DNA of 64,000 nt. Origin: Camelus dromedarius. Its lineage: Eukaryota. Location: the NCBI RefSeq assembly GCF_036321535.1, contig NC_087437.1, positions 8,618,001 through 8,682,000 of the forward strand, read 5' to 3'. The notes beneath the pieces are model-generated. The model was given only the letters and a program-made list of their open reading frames with translations, was not told the DNA's origin and did not search any database. The translations under genes were made by a program, and so were the position numbers. Positions 63,641 to 64,000 of the stretch are shown here, piece by piece (position 1 is the stretch's first letter; every line of letters begins with the position of its first letter).

Positions 63641-64000
63641 GCTCCTTTTATCTTAAAACAAACTAGATAAGCTACCAAAATCATAGGTTAAAAAAAAATC
63701 AGAAAGCTCAGCATTAATCCAATTCCAGAAAGTGATGAATTCTTCGTAGGAGAGAAAAGGTCCAGTTGTTCTTAAAAGTGGGAGAGCAGTGGGAGAAGGA
63801 AGTATATGCCATACGTGTCCATAAGGTAAGCCAGCTGAACTTTTAACAGACTTCTCTTTGCCACGCGACATGTAAGTAGAATTCTGAAGAGTCTGTCCAC
63901 AGAGCCAGTCTCCATCTACTGGCCCACAGTTTCCAGTGGGCCTTTGTGAAGCACACAGCTAGTACGCCAGGCTGGAGACAGGGACATACAGCTCAGAGAG

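Noticed and set aside
1..64000. ORF-track ORFs as intact protein-coding genes
   Set aside because: All are short (153 aa or less). The recognisable ones are L1 ORF2 fragments, microsatellite translations or pieces of the decayed LRR/TIR sequence.

Overview
Mammalian, repeat-rich DNA with no intact protein-coding gene. It is probably camelid, judging from a Vic-1-type tRNA-derived SINE and the young L1 3' ends. Much of the window is recognisable transposon debris (L1, L2, MIR, MLT1/MaLR, MER5/20/33/45/58/63, two ERV1-type solo LTRs) plus microsatellites. The main discovery lies in the unique DNA between those repeats, from about 12.0 to 44.8 kb. Read on the minus strand with frameshifts and stops allowed, it repeatedly gives leucine-rich-repeat (LRR) motifs, LRRCT cysteine caps, hydrophobic transmembrane-like (TM) segments and three (possibly four) TIR-domain remnants, in the correct N-to-C order. 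I interpret this as an ancient, heavily decayed tandem cluster of Toll-like receptor (TLR) pseudogenes. Old MIR, L2, MLT and hAT insertions fragment it, and enhancer-like unique blocks at about 10-10.9 kb and 45.5-46 kb flank it. A small CpG-enriched, YY1/ETS/CRE-bearing promoter-like element at about 55.2 kb has splice donors on both strands and could drive a lncRNA across the cluster. All protein-level calls are manual translations compared with remembered family motifs, and they need frameshift-aware HMM or tBLASTn confirmation. Repeat subfamily names and boundaries are approximate.
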